Virus record (IMG/VR): IMGVR_UViG_3300020056_000009
Length of the DNA stretch: 64,000 nucleotides
Direction: 5' to 3' (one strand)
Origin: an uncultured virus (IMG/VR IMGVR_UViG_3300020056_000009)
Taxonomy: Duplodnaviria > Heunggongvirae > Uroviricota > Caudoviricetes
Part shown: piece by piece, positions 39,458 to 48,627 of the stretch
How positions within the stretch are numbered: the first letter of the stretch is position 1
Layout of the letters: each line of letters begins with the position of its first letter
The notes under the pieces: generated by a model
Databases searched by the model: none
What the model saw: the letters and a program-made list of their open reading frames with translations, nothing else
What the model was told of the DNA's origin: nothing
Program-made: the position numbers and the translations under genes

Positions 39458-39621
39458 TGCTCACCATAGAAGAGGCTCTTATCGCTAACACATCACTTGA
39501 ACACATTGATTTCGTGGAGAACACCCTTTGTATGAACGGGGTATTCATGCGAGAAAATTGGCCGTCCCATCACGGTGAAGCACCTACCGACGAACAAATT
39601 GCGGCTTGGATGGCAGCATAA
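39457..39621 (+). CDS. small protein, possible fibre assembly chaperone (not in ORF track)
   Basis: AGGAGG SD and TGATG overlap; MLTIEEAL...ENWPSHHGEAPTDEQIAAWMAA* (54 aa). Confidence 0.65.
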   Translation: MLTIEEALIANTSLEHIDFVENTLCMNGVFMRENWPSHHGEAPTDEQIAAWMAA

Positions 39622-39653
39622 GATATATATACTTATGACACATAGGTGTTATT

Positions 39654-39836
39654 ATGACCCAAGAAACCAGCATTACCCTACCTGATGACATTTGGCTTGT
39701 TATTCGCCAAGTTATTGAAGCCACCGTCACCGCTAAAGGTCGTGAAGGCACTCTTATGCTCTTAAAAATCTTTGATGCTTTTGATGAGGCTGGAATCGTT
39801 ATTCCCGAGATCGAAACGGAAGACGACGAAAATTGA
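39654..39836 (+). CDS. hypothetical protein
   Basis: TATATATAC at -30. Confidence 0.7.
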   Translation: MTQETSITLPDDIWLVIRQVIEATVTAKGREGTLMLLKIFDAFDEAGIVIPEIETEDDEN

Positions 39837-40230
39837 TAGTATGATGGTCAATAGATTTGACTACTTCTAACAGAACCCATTGTTCTCCTGTGGTCCACGA
39901 ATCTGGATCCAACCAATTAGTCAATTGACTAAAATGTTCGTGCGGTTCTGTAAGTTGATAACTATTTGAAGATAAAACCTTGCTAATATAACTTAGAGTT
40001 ATGTCTAAAGGATATGTCTCATCTTTAAAATAAATAACCCCTACTAAAGAATGTTTTACTTTTCCGGTCGAAAAGGTAAGGGGAACACCATATTTTTCCA
40101 ATTCTAAATCTTTATACTTTTGTTTTACCTCGCCCCCGGGTGTCATTCCACCATAAAGCCAATAAGAAGTTCCCGGTTTATACAATTTAGGGTCTTTGAT
40201 AATATCATCTCTCCAATAAGTTTTATACAT
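39799..40230 (-). CDS. hypothetical protein
   Basis: 143-aa ORF in an AT-rich minus-strand operon. Confidence 0.7.
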   Translation of the reverse strand: MYKTYWRDDIIKDPKLYKPGTSYWLYGGMTPGGEVKQKYKDLELEKYGVPLTFSTGKVKHSLVGVIYFKDETYPLDITLSYISKVLSSNSYQLTEPHEHFSQLTNWLDPDSWTTGEQWVLLEVVKSIDHHTINFRRLPFRSRE

Positions 40231-40239
40231 AATAAATCC

Positions 40240-40440
40240 CTACTGATCTGAAAAATCTAATCCCAAGCCTCTGGCGGGCTTTAATTTATCTGATGGAAGA
40301 TCTCCATAAATATAAAGCGTATTATATTCGTCGGTGCCTCCGGAGTTTATATCTCCGAACTTCTCGATTTCCGATTTAAATCCTGTGGTCGCAGATTTTA
40401 ATCCGATTATTATTAAAGATAATACTAATAATTGTTTCAT
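40240..40440 (-). CDS. small protein with N-terminal hydrophobic segment
   Basis: GAGGTG SD; contains GFKSE. Confidence 0.6.
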   Translation of the reverse strand: MKQLLVLSLIIIGLKSATTGFKSEIEKFGDINSGGTDEYNTLYIYGDLPSDKLKPARGLGLDFSDQ

Positions 40441-40802
40441 GATAGCACCTCTTGTAATAATTCTTCAATCATATTAATCTGATTTGGGAGTATCCCCATA
40501 TAATAATAATGCTCGCTGCCGCTATATATATTTTCCTTGTGTTCTTTACGAGCCAAATATCGTTCTCTTTTGTCAAGGACCCATTGAGCGACTTCCTCTC
40601 GTAATAATCCCCAATACTCTACAATAACGGGTTTATCGAAATCTCTTTGCGGCCAAAGCACCCAATCCGGTTTAAACTCTTCACCCTCGATAATAATTGT
40701 CGGTTCGTATACGGCATACCATCCATTATCATAAAACCAATCATCGATCTGCTGTTCTGAATAAGATTTGACCCAATTATTATTTTTAGTTTTAATATCT
40801 AT
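40437..40802 (-). CDS. hypothetical protein, possibly with ATA start
   Basis: The frame stays open for 47 codons upstream of the GTG at 40661, back to an ATA overlapping the upstream TAG. Confidence 0.55.
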   Translation of the reverse strand: MDIKTKNNNWVKSYSEQQIDDWFYDNGWYAVYEPTIIIEGEEFKPDWVLWPQRDFDKPVIVEYWGLLREEVAQWVLDKRERYLARKEHKENIYSGSEHYYYMGILPNQINMIEELLQEVLS

Positions 40803-41272
40803 GGTAAAACCACCTGATAGTTGATAGCATTATATTGATTATTAAGTTTTATAATCACCAAAGTTCTTATGCTGGTCTCTAAAAAATTTGTGAATGCTTC
40901 TTGTTCATCTATCGTTATTGGGCCTCCCCCGACAGCATCTATCGTTTCTTTCATTTTATTCAATAGTTGTGCACTCGTTTTATTATGGGGGCTTAAACTC
41001 TCAATATTTTGGCCCGAATTAAGATATAATGAAGGTGATGACGGATTATAATACATTATTTGAGCAACTTCAAAAGGCAGAAGTTCCTGAGTAGCCAAAG
41101 TCAAAGTTATTAAATCATTTGCTTTTTGTTCCCCTAATAAAAATATCGCCCATCCGTCACGAATTTGCTTCCACATTGGAAATTTATACAATCCAGAGAT
41201 TCCTTGCTTAGCAATATATTTCCAAAAATCACTCCAAAGTTTTTCAGGTGGCAACTCTAAAGTAACTTCCAT
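40799..41272 (-). CDS. hypothetical protein
   Basis: 157 aa; TATA variant about 30 nt upstream. Confidence 0.75.
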   Translation of the reverse strand: MEVTLELPPEKLWSDFWKYIAKQGISGLYKFPMWKQIRDGWAIFLLGEQKANDLITLTLATQELLPFEVAQIMYYNPSSPSLYLNSGQNIESLSPHNKTSAQLLNKMKETIDAVGGGPITIDEQEAFTNFLETSIRTLVIIKLNNQYNAINYQVVLP

Positions 41273-41345
41273 GTCGATTGATTCGACAATCGACTATATC
41301 AACTTATCGATAGATACTTATAGTAGCGATGATAATACCATCATC

Positions 41346-41564
41346 ATGGATTCGGAGGATAAAACCCCCACCCCGAAGAAAAGGGCCACGGTAGCCTCCG
41401 TAGATGCTAAAATTGATGATTTAGTAGAAGTAGTAGATATTATGTCTTCCAATGTGCGAGCCATCAAAGCGGCGTTAGAGGTTATTGCCGATGTCATCAA
41501 AAAATCTGAATCTGAAACTGAACTACCTATCAAAGAAGATAACAATGATTCTATGTATATTTGA
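41346..41564 (+). CDS. small coiled-coil protein
   Basis: ATG at 41346 is 31 nt from TACTTATAG. Confidence 0.65.
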   Translation: MDSEDKTPTPKKRATVASVDAKIDDLVEVVDIMSSNVRAIKAALEVIADVIKKSESETELPIKEDNNDSMYI

Positions 41565-41568
41565 TTTA

Positions 41569-44500
41569 TCAAAAATCTAAAGTTTGTTGTTTGCCTTTAC
41601 TCGGATCTTCAAAAGTTGATTCTACCCATTGACTCACATATTCATATAGTTGAGTAATATAGGGTTCACAGCCATATCGATCGATAATATCGCCCATAAG
41701 CCCATCGTATTTACTTACCGCACCATGACTTACAGTCATAATTAGGTTTCCTGGACACGGCACTTCAACTTCTTCTCCGGTGAAACTATCTCGGGTTTTC
41801 CCGGTAATAGTCATGCATTTCCCGCTAATCGGCACTCGCCGGTATTTGGCACCACATTTTGTGCAACGCACCTTTTGTTGTCCAAAGGCTCTCAGATTAC
41901 CACGCATATCTCGAATCAAGTGCGTATCAATTAGTTTAGCCGATTGCTTGCGATTATTAACCGCAAATAAGGTTTCTCCCAAAGCAAATTGCCCCATAGT
42001 TTTCTGCCTCATACTTAGATTGAGGTCTTTATCATTATACGGATTCCATTCCGGACCCTGATTACAATCTTCGGTATCGTGGGTAAACCCAAATCCCTCA
42101 CTTTCCCCGGGAGTTCCGAGTCGTAATTCTGCAATTTCAATTCCTGTCTTTAAGGCTTCCTTAGGGCTGGGAAGATCTGTCCAAGTAAGGTCATAAAACT
42201 CTTTAGTGTATTTCCAACTGGTATCTACATTGAGAGCCTCTTTATCGATTTCCGAAGCATTAATTCCCATCGTAAGAATTAAGGGAGCATCCATCTGACC
42301 ACCACGACTTCTTGGCAAGAACTTTTTGCTAAAGTTGAGCAATCCTTCAGTCAGCATAATAATAGCATCAATATCGCCATCACAATTACGGCGTTTGGCA
42401 GCATGAAAGAACGGATGACCATAGTGACCCTTGACATCACAGAACCCAATAATACGAGCCAAGATAGCCCCTGAAGTGTGTGGGGCAATGCCCATAATCA
42501 ACTGACCTTGTAAATCTTCTGGCGTTGCCACATTATAATACGGCTTCATACCATATAGTTTTACCAATAGGTCATCAGTAAACTGACATACCCGAATTAG
42601 ATCTTCCACACAATTTTGAGGAATAACGACATCTTGGGTAAAAATCTCACAAGTATCATTTTCAGAATCAACTAAATATCCCAATTGACGAGCCTTGTCT
42701 ACCGACAATCCAATTTCTTTTGGTCTAAAGTGCGTCATCGTAATATCTACCATATCAAACCGAATAGTTCCATCACGAAACACCGAAACCTCGTGCTTAC
42801 TTCTCAAAATCCCTTTTTCCATAGGTTCGGTAATGCCTTCAGAGTTCTTTACGGTTTCTACACCTTTTACCTTTGGCGGAGTAGTTACCTCACAGCGTTC
42901 CAAAGCCGATTCCCAAATCTGATTCATATCTACCGATCGCCACTTCTTTTCGTGATAATTAGTAGCCACCGGGTCGCCATGTTGAAGACAATAACTTAGG
43001 TGGGTTTCTTGCTTACACTTGGGACAAAATCTGGAAGAGATACCAACCTTTTCATCTTTAGGGGCTGCCGTGTTAATCAACTTGGTGTTACCACCGCTTT
43101 TGCCAATAGGAAATAAACAATGAGCCCGACTGGGTTTCATATCACGCATTTTGCTGCCTTCGGGTTTACCCATACGAGCCCCAATACGATAAGTAGTGCG
43201 AGGAAGAATTTTAATTCCTGCTAATCGGCTTAGGTAATCCATAGGGTTTTCTTGGTCTTTAGGAGGAGATAGATTTCCCAACATATGCAAAATCAGAGAA
43301 TTCTCCGCACCCCACAGATTATTCTCCGAATCGATATTAATGTTAGCCCGATAAATTAATTGGTTATCACCATTATATTGTAATTTTTGTGCACAAAGCG
43401 AAGGATGACAATTACTCAATAATTGATAAATCTCTTTTGCGGTTAGATCTTGCCATCCTGCTGCCACATATTCAGGATTCAAAGGAACTTTATACACCTT
43501 ACTTTGTTGCACCGACTCAATAAAATCCCTGGGGAAAGATATACCCTGTTCGGCTAACACCTCACGGTGCCACTCGGGAACATAAGGTGACTTCATAAGT
43601 GGGTGATTATTTTCTAAAAATTCTCCCACAGGAACTAAAAGTTCTCCTAAATCCCATACTTGACGAATGTTGTATTCTTGGTCATTAGGCATCGCCAAAA
43701 CGATTTCATTAGCATCTTGCACCCGGTGGGCAGAACCATCTAACCATTCGACATACGGCCCTTGAATAGTATCACACGGCGTTACCACGGTGCCTTTGCC
43801 CGGACGCTCATACTTCATTTGAGTTCCGATCGAAACAAACCCGCTGGTAGCCTTCATGGTAGCGGGATGACACGCCGTAGTCGCCAATCCTGCCAATCGG
43901 CTACGACCATATCGGAGTCTAAAACCACCTTCGGCCATCGGCATACTAAAAATTGGTCGTCCTGCCAACACTTCAGCCATATATTTGGGATTAGGTTTAA
44001 TTTCTGCGGCTCCTTTGTTAGTCTTCAAAAATTGGTTTAGCCAATCCCAACCATCCAATTGTAATTGGTCCACATATTTTAGGATTTTAGGGGCTTTCAG
44101 CACTAACCCTTCGCACATAACCAAGAGAGCACCTTCTCTAACCTTGTTATCTTTAACTCGGGCCAAATCACGCTGTCCAGTAACTTCCGTTCCTACGCCT
44201 TCACCATCCACGAAAATAGGGCAGTTGCCTGCCAAGATCTCTAATTCAGGATTAGAGGGTCGGTATTGTAAACCTCGATAAATGCTGACTTCTTCTTTAT
44301 ATCGCTCTACTTCTTCATAGGTGGCAACGGCCACCCCTAAATCAAAGTCACGACGCAAGATATCCGCAATCAAAACTGATAGGGCTTGTCCAGTGCCCCC
44401 GGCACTCCGAATTGGACCAGCATAATTAACGGCTAAGCAAGAGGTTCCATCCTGATTAGTAATTACACGGCAACTCACCACACCTTCCAACGGGGCTACC

Positions 44501-45042
44501 AAAATGCCTTCGGTTAATACCGCCAACCCTGCACAAATACCGTGATACATACATAGGGCTTGTCTGACACGATCTCCGGATTTAGAACTGCTTTGAAATT
44601 CCTGCAAAGTTTCTTGGATAGTATTGCTTAAGACTTGTGGCCCATAGGCTAAAATATACCCGGCTCCACCACAGTCATCACAACTCATAAACCCTCGTCC
44701 ACGCTTGATTTCTCCCGTTCCTGTGCAAACTTCACAATTATTTTTAATACCATAAAGATAAGATTCCGCACAGACAATTCGAGCAATATCCAAAGCCATT
44801 AGTTCCCGATTACCATCGTATTTTTCATTGAGTTCTCGGATTTGGGCGGCTGTGTTACGGTCATGCAAAAACTTCAACAATTTTTGAGTTCGTTCTGCAA
44901 GGTCGGTTGCCATAGGAATCTCGATCTCTAATTGCGGGTCATAGCCTTGCGATTTGGCTTGATTGACCATATCATAGGCTTGATAACAACCCTCGTGTAG
45001 TTTTTGACGATATTCCTCTTCGGAAATACGCTTCGCAACCAT
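41569..45042 (-). CDS. polC: DNA polymerase D large subunit (DP2)
   Basis: TEGILVAPLEG, YAGPIRSAGGT, GGFRLRYGRSR, GTQMKYERPGK, IGARMGKPE, FRDGTIRFD, APHTS, catalytic HAAKRRNCDGDID, GGQMDAPL, GNLRAFGQQKVRC; C-terminal PIP-like QQTLDF. Confidence 0.97.
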   Translation of the reverse strand: MVAKRISEEEYRQKLHEGCYQAYDMVNQAKSQGYDPQLEIEIPMATDLAERTQKLLKFLHDRNTAAQIRELNEKYDGNRELMALDIARIVCAESYLYGIKNNCEVCTGTGEIKRGRGFMSCDDCGGAGYILAYGPQVLSNTIQETLQEFQSSSKSGDRVRQALCMYHGICAGLAVLTEGILVAPLEGVVSCRVITNQDGTSCLAVNYAGPIRSAGGTGQALSVLIADILRRDFDLGVAVATYEEVERYKEEVSIYRGLQYRPSNPELEILAGNCPIFVDGEGVGTEVTGQRDLARVKDNKVREGALLVMCEGLVLKAPKILKYVDQLQLDGWDWLNQFLKTNKGAAEIKPNPKYMAEVLAGRPIFSMPMAEGGFRLRYGRSRLAGLATTACHPATMKATSGFVSIGTQMKYERPGKGTVVTPCDTIQGPYVEWLDGSAHRVQDANEIVLAMPNDQEYNIRQVWDLGELLVPVGEFLENNHPLMKSPYVPEWHREVLAEQGISFPRDFIESVQQSKVYKVPLNPEYVAAGWQDLTAKEIYQLLSNCHPSLCAQKLQYNGDNQLIYRANINIDSENNLWGAENSLILHMLGNLSPPKDQENPMDYLSRLAGIKILPRTTYRIGARMGKPEGSKMRDMKPSRAHCLFPIGKSGGNTKLINTAAPKDEKVGISSRFCPKCKQETHLSYCLQHGDPVATNYHEKKWRSVDMNQIWESALERCEVTTPPKVKGVETVKNSEGITEPMEKGILRSKHEVSVFRDGTIRFDMVDITMTHFRPKEIGLSVDKARQLGYLVDSENDTCEIFTQDVVIPQNCVEDLIRVCQFTDDLLVKLYGMKPYYNVATPEDLQGQLIMGIAPHTSGAILARIIGFCDVKGHYGHPFFHAAKRRNCDGDIDAIIMLTEGLLNFSKKFLPRSRGGQMDAPLILTMGINASEIDKEALNVDTSWKYTKEFYDLTWTDLPSPKEALKTGIEIAELRLGTPGESEGFGFTHDTEDCNQGPEWNPYNDKDLNLSMRQKTMGQFALGETLFAVNNRKQSAKLIDTHLIRDMRGNLRAFGQQKVRCTKCGAKYRRVPISGKCMTITGKTRDSFTGEEVEVPCPGNLIMTVSHGAVSKYDGLMGDIIDRYGCEPYITQLYEYVSQWVESTFEDPSKGKQQTLDF

Positions 45043-45064
45043 ATGACGATATTATCGTCATCAC

Positions 45065-45073
45065 CTTAATATA
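45065..45073 (-). promoter_or_regulatory. TATATTAAG(GT) promoter class of replication genes
   Basis: TATATTAAGGT lies 30-31 nt upstream of polC (45073), the dNMP kinase (60822) and the DinG helicase (63037). Confidence 0.75.
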
Positions 45074-45077
45074 TTTT

Positions 45078-45269
45078 TCAGAGCAGATGGGCTCCAATCA
45101 AGATCGAAGTGCCTGCTACTTTAGCACCCACGAATTGTTTGGTATTCAATTTTTCTGCCAAGCGTAGACCAATTAAAACGGCGTCAATGGCTAAGACCAA
45201 GGCAATATCTTCTGGAATGCCAAAAATAGTTTTGTGACCTTGAGTTTCGATATCTTCCGAAAGGGACAT
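45078..45269 (-). CDS. small membrane protein
   Basis: TATATATAG at -30; hydrophobic. Confidence 0.7.
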   Translation of the reverse strand: MSLSEDIETQGHKTIFGIPEDIALVLAIDAVLIGLRLAEKLNTKQFVGAKVAGTSILIGAHLL

Positions 45270-45351
45270 AGTGGACCATAGGGGGTTTAACTATATATAG
45301 ATATGCAAAAGTAGATATAGTTGCAAAGCCCAATGCTTGTCAGGGATAGTT

Positions 45352-45819
45352 ATGGCTAAACCACAAAAAACTAATAATGATTGGCTAATGCAACGCACCG
45401 GATTGCTTATTGTCTATGCTTGGGTTCTCCTCGCCGTCGGTTTCTTCGGCCTCACGGCATGGGACATGAAGTATTTGGACAACTCTGAACAGTATGTCTC
45501 AATCTTGGCTATTATCGGTGGTCCAGCCTTGCTTATTGTCACCAAGATCTTGGAAACTTGGAATCAAGAAAAGGGTGCTCAACTGCAAGACTATGAATCA
45601 CAAGCAGGCCACGAAAGAGATATGGATGCTATTCGGGTTCGTCACGCTGCGGACATGGAACGCAATCCTCATCAAGAATATCATGCCGAACAAGCGGCTA
45701 CTGATGGGGCTCAAAACACTCGTATAGACACTATGGAAGAACAATTGGCCGAAGCGGTTGCAGAAATTGTTATGCTGCGTGAAGAATTATCTGCTTCTAA
45801 TAAGAAGAAGAAGGAGTGA
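45352..45819 (+). CDS. membrane protein (2 TM) with coiled-coil tail
   Basis: Two TM segments; YHAEQ motif. Confidence 0.75.
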   Translation: MAKPQKTNNDWLMQRTGLLIVYAWVLLAVGFFGLTAWDMKYLDNSEQYVSILAIIGGPALLIVTKILETWNQEKGAQLQDYESQAGHERDMDAIRVRHAADMERNPHQEYHAEQAATDGAQNTRIDTMEEQLAEAVAEIVMLREELSASNKKKKE

Positions 45820-46022
45820 TAACTATGGGATGGCGTGAACAACGAGCCGTATTGCGAGATAAAACTCCTTGCGATACGCAAGAACCTAATCAAAACATCA
45901 AAACCATGGCTCAAAAAATTGATTTGTCTACCCTTACCAAATCACGATTGATTGAACTCTGTGAAGCCAAAGGATTGTCTACCAGTGGCACTAAAGCAGA
46001 ATTAGTAACTCGATTGTCGTGA
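45816..46022 (+). CDS. SAP-domain protein
   Basis: LTKSRLIELCEAKGLSTSGTKAELVTRL. Confidence 0.75.
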   Translation: MITMGWREQRAVLRDKTPCDTQEPNQNIKTMAQKIDLSTLTKSRLIELCEAKGLSTSGTKAELVTRLS

Positions 46023-46023
46023 G

Positions 46024-47259
46024 GTGATTAATATAACCGAAGTAACTGATGAAATCCGTGAGAAAGCCAAAGTTATCGCTGAGGCTACGGGAAGATCTGT
46101 GCAATCAGTTATTGATGACCTTATGGATGATGGTATCGTAAACCTTTCTAATGAAGAAAAGAAGGATAAAGATTTAGTTACTCAACTTAAAGAAGCCGCC
46201 GAATTGATTACTACGGTGCAATCCATTAATCAACAAGTTACTAAAAACACCGTTCTCAACGGTGGAGACAACAAAACTGAGGTCAAAGTGGAAACCACTT
46301 TAGAAGGTGACATTGTCGATCGAGCCATTGAATCGGCACAACGCAAAGCCGATAACATCAAAAAACTGATTCTTACTTTGGCCCCGATTTTCCTATTATT
46401 AACGGGTGGTGCTGGTTTAGAAGTTCTCGGAATTACTGACATGGTGGGTTCGGATGACGACAATTATGACCCGTATAACTATGAAGTAGTTTGGGGTTGC
46501 ACCGTTTGGGATGCTGAAAATTACAATCCCGATGCTACTGAAGATGACGGTTCTTGTTGGTGGGACGATGGCGGTGGAGGCAACGAAACCAATAATTGTA
46601 ATCCTGATTGGTGGTGGCAAAATGAAGCCATTTTTGACCATGACCACAACGGACAAGGATATAACAACGACCTTCGTGTGCAAGTGGACTTCCGAGATTT
46701 AAACCAATGTAATATCCACATGAACAACGGCTACTTTGAAATCATGGTCGGAGATGATTCCCGAGTCTTAGAATATGATTTTCACAATGAATTTATCATT
46801 AACGAACATTACCTTGATCTCGCTCCCGGCGATTACTATGTCACCGTAGATTATTATACCTATGATGGTTCCTCTTGGTCGGGTCCAACCGCATGGATCA
46901 CGATGGAATCCGAGCCGACTTGTGCAACGGACTTGATTCACAAAGACGCTGAATTGTATTTGATTAACGGCAACGAATTAGAAGTCGCCATGATTATTCA
47001 ATCCAACAACGATTGTGAAGACGACATAGATTTCATGTTTAGCCTATATCACAATAACACTTACCAAAGCACCGTTGATTACGGAGTCTTACCCACATAT
47101 ACGGTATCCGGAACGGGCGAATACCGAATCACTTTGGCTCATAGCGATTGGAAAAACCTCGGAGAAGGTCTTTGGAATCTTGAAACCCGATTTTACACCG
47201 AATCCGATGGTGAAGTGTGTTGCATTATGACTAACAAAATTGAAGTCAAGAACGATTAA
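46024..47259 (+). CDS. membrane protein with extracellular Cys-motif and Ig-like domains
   Basis: Central TM; GCTVWDAENYNPDATEDDGSC motif; beta-rich C-terminus. Confidence 0.75.
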   Translation: MINITEVTDEIREKAKVIAEATGRSVQSVIDDLMDDGIVNLSNEEKKDKDLVTQLKEAAELITTVQSINQQVTKNTVLNGGDNKTEVKVETTLEGDIVDRAIESAQRKADNIKKLILTLAPIFLLLTGGAGLEVLGITDMVGSDDDNYDPYNYEVVWGCTVWDAENYNPDATEDDGSCWWDDGGGGNETNNCNPDWWWQNEAIFDHDHNGQGYNNDLRVQVDFRDLNQCNIHMNNGYFEIMVGDDSRVLEYDFHNEFIINEHYLDLAPGDYYVTVDYYTYDGSSWSGPTAWITMESEPTCATDLIHKDAELYLINGNELEVAMIIQSNNDCEDDIDFMFSLYHNNTYQSTVDYGVLPTYTVSGTGEYRITLAHSDWKNLGEGLWNLETRFYTESDGEVCCIMTNKIEVKND

Positions 47260-47260
47260 A

Positions 47261-47419
47261 TCACTCTGTCATTTCTGCCATACGGTCACTAAGCAGCAAG
47301 AGTGCTGATGCCCATAGACCGACGAAGATACCGAGGTTCTCGTCATGTGCAAAGTATACAGCGATGCTTCCTAAGATAGAAGCGAGGCTTGCTCCAAGAC
47401 CAATCTTTTTCCAATTCAT
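47261..47419 (-). CDS. small 2-TM membrane protein (not in ORF track)
   Basis: MNWKKIGLGASLASILGSIAVYFAHDENLGIFVGLWASALLLLSDRMAEMTE* (52 aa); GGAGGTGA SD; ATGA overlap. Confidence 0.75.
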   Translation of the reverse strand: MNWKKIGLGASLASILGSIAVYFAHDENLGIFVGLWASALLLLSDRMAEMTE

Positions 47420-47895
47420 TCCATTTCACCTCCGTTTACATGGTTTACAATCATTTTAATTAGTTCTGCCTTACGAGGACGACCCGTAATATCTACGCCC
47501 AATTCCTTTAGGCGTTCACGAAGTCCGGCTACGGTTAGGTCTTCAAGATCCTCAATGGCTACATCAAGGTCGGCCTTAGCCTCTTCTACGGCTTCGGAAA
47601 TTACTTCAGCAACCTCAGATAAATCTCCCTCTTCTACGGCTTCTGCTACTTCTTCAGCAGTATCTTCAAGGCGTTCTACCACATCTTCCACAAGGTCTTC
47701 TACCTTGTCTTCCCATTCGTCAGGAATATCCAAGCCCGTAGCATCTTCCAATTGGTCGATAGCATCTTGAATCTCTTCTGAAAGAGTTTCTACTACCTTA
47801 CCACGATTGGCTTGCCACCAATGAGTAAGATATCCAGCGGCGGCACCGCCAAGTCCAATCAATGCGTCTACTACCATAGGGTCTAAAGTTGTCAT
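47416..47895 (-). CDS. N-terminal TM, acidic coil and C-terminal SAP/HeH-like domain
   Basis: ATG at 47895 is 30 nt from TATATATAG; LTVAGLRERLKELGVDITGRPRKAELI. Confidence 0.75.
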   Translation of the reverse strand: MTTLDPMVVDALIGLGGAAAGYLTHWWQANRGKVVETLSEEIQDAIDQLEDATGLDIPDEWEDKVEDLVEDVVERLEDTAEEVAEAVEEGDLSEVAEVISEAVEEAKADLDVAIEDLEDLTVAGLRERLKELGVDITGRPRKAELIKMIVNHVNGGEME

Positions 47896-47970
47896 AATAA
47901 TCACTTCTGTGACGACCTATATATACCTTTGGAGATAAGATATAAATATAATTGAAGAATCATATTTTTC

Positions 47971-48492
47971 ATGCAATGCCCTTGTGGAATCACTTTGGGA
48001 TCTACCTCAGATTTTGTAGAAGAAGATTATTGTAGTTATTATTGTCGTCGGTTTTATTCCGAAGGCTTGCAAAAAGTTCCTCTTTCGGATTATAAAAAAC
48101 ATAAAAACCAATGGAAATATCCTCTTATTTCTCACAATTGTGATTGGTGTGGCAATCCTAAAGATCTCCGATATTCTGATTCTTCAGGTGCTAACGGTAA
48201 TGGTTCCGGAAGATTTTGTTCTCGGGAATGTTTCTATACTATGCACCGAGAAGGCCGCCGTAAAACTAAAGTTAGATACACGCTTTTAAGAATTCTTAGT
48301 CAGCGAGGAAGACTTCATCGTGACGCTATCACTTATTTATTTTCTCGTCATGAACCTCGACACGGTAGAACCTTAAATCAAGTAGTTTCCCTATTATCCA
48401 TTATGGTTCGACGAGGAATGGTAACTAAACATTCTAACAATGATTATGAATTAGTAGACTCCCGACCTATCGGACAATTAGCCGCAATCTAA
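47971..48492 (+). CDS. zinc-finger plus winged-helix-like protein, putative regulator
   Basis: CPCG..YCSYYC, CDWC..RFCSREC; C-terminal LLRIL...LLSIMVRRGMV...YEL. Confidence 0.65.
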   Translation: MQCPCGITLGSTSDFVEEDYCSYYCRRFYSEGLQKVPLSDYKKHKNQWKYPLISHNCDWCGNPKDLRYSDSSGANGNGSGRFCSRECFYTMHREGRRKTKVRYTLLRILSQRGRLHRDAITYLFSRHEPRHGRTLNQVVSLLSIMVRRGMVTKHSNNDYELVDSRPIGQLAAI

Positions 48493-48525
48493 AGTTATAT
48501 ATAGGTAATCGCACCACTATAATTT

Positions 48526-48627
48526 GGTGTCTTTGGCTCCGAGGCTCATCGAACCTCTGGGGAAAGGGAGCCATTGCCTTCGGTGTGTGGGCTTAGACCG
48601 TTAGTTCGGTCCACCGAGGGCGGCACC
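48526..48627 (+). ncRNA. unclassified structured ncRNA (~102 nt, three-way junction)
   Basis: TATATATAG begins exactly 30 nt upstream (48496) and no ORF follows. Stems: GGTGTC/GGCACC, TGGCTCC/GGAGCCA, GAGG/CCTC, GCCTTCGGTG/CACCGAGGGC, GACCG/CGGTC. G-U pairs favour the plus strand. Confidence 0.7.

Noticed and set aside
41569..45042. Intein in DP2
   Set aside because: The usual insertion site region HAAKRRNCDGD is uninterrupted, no LAGLIDADG or HN/C junction is seen, and the length is typical.
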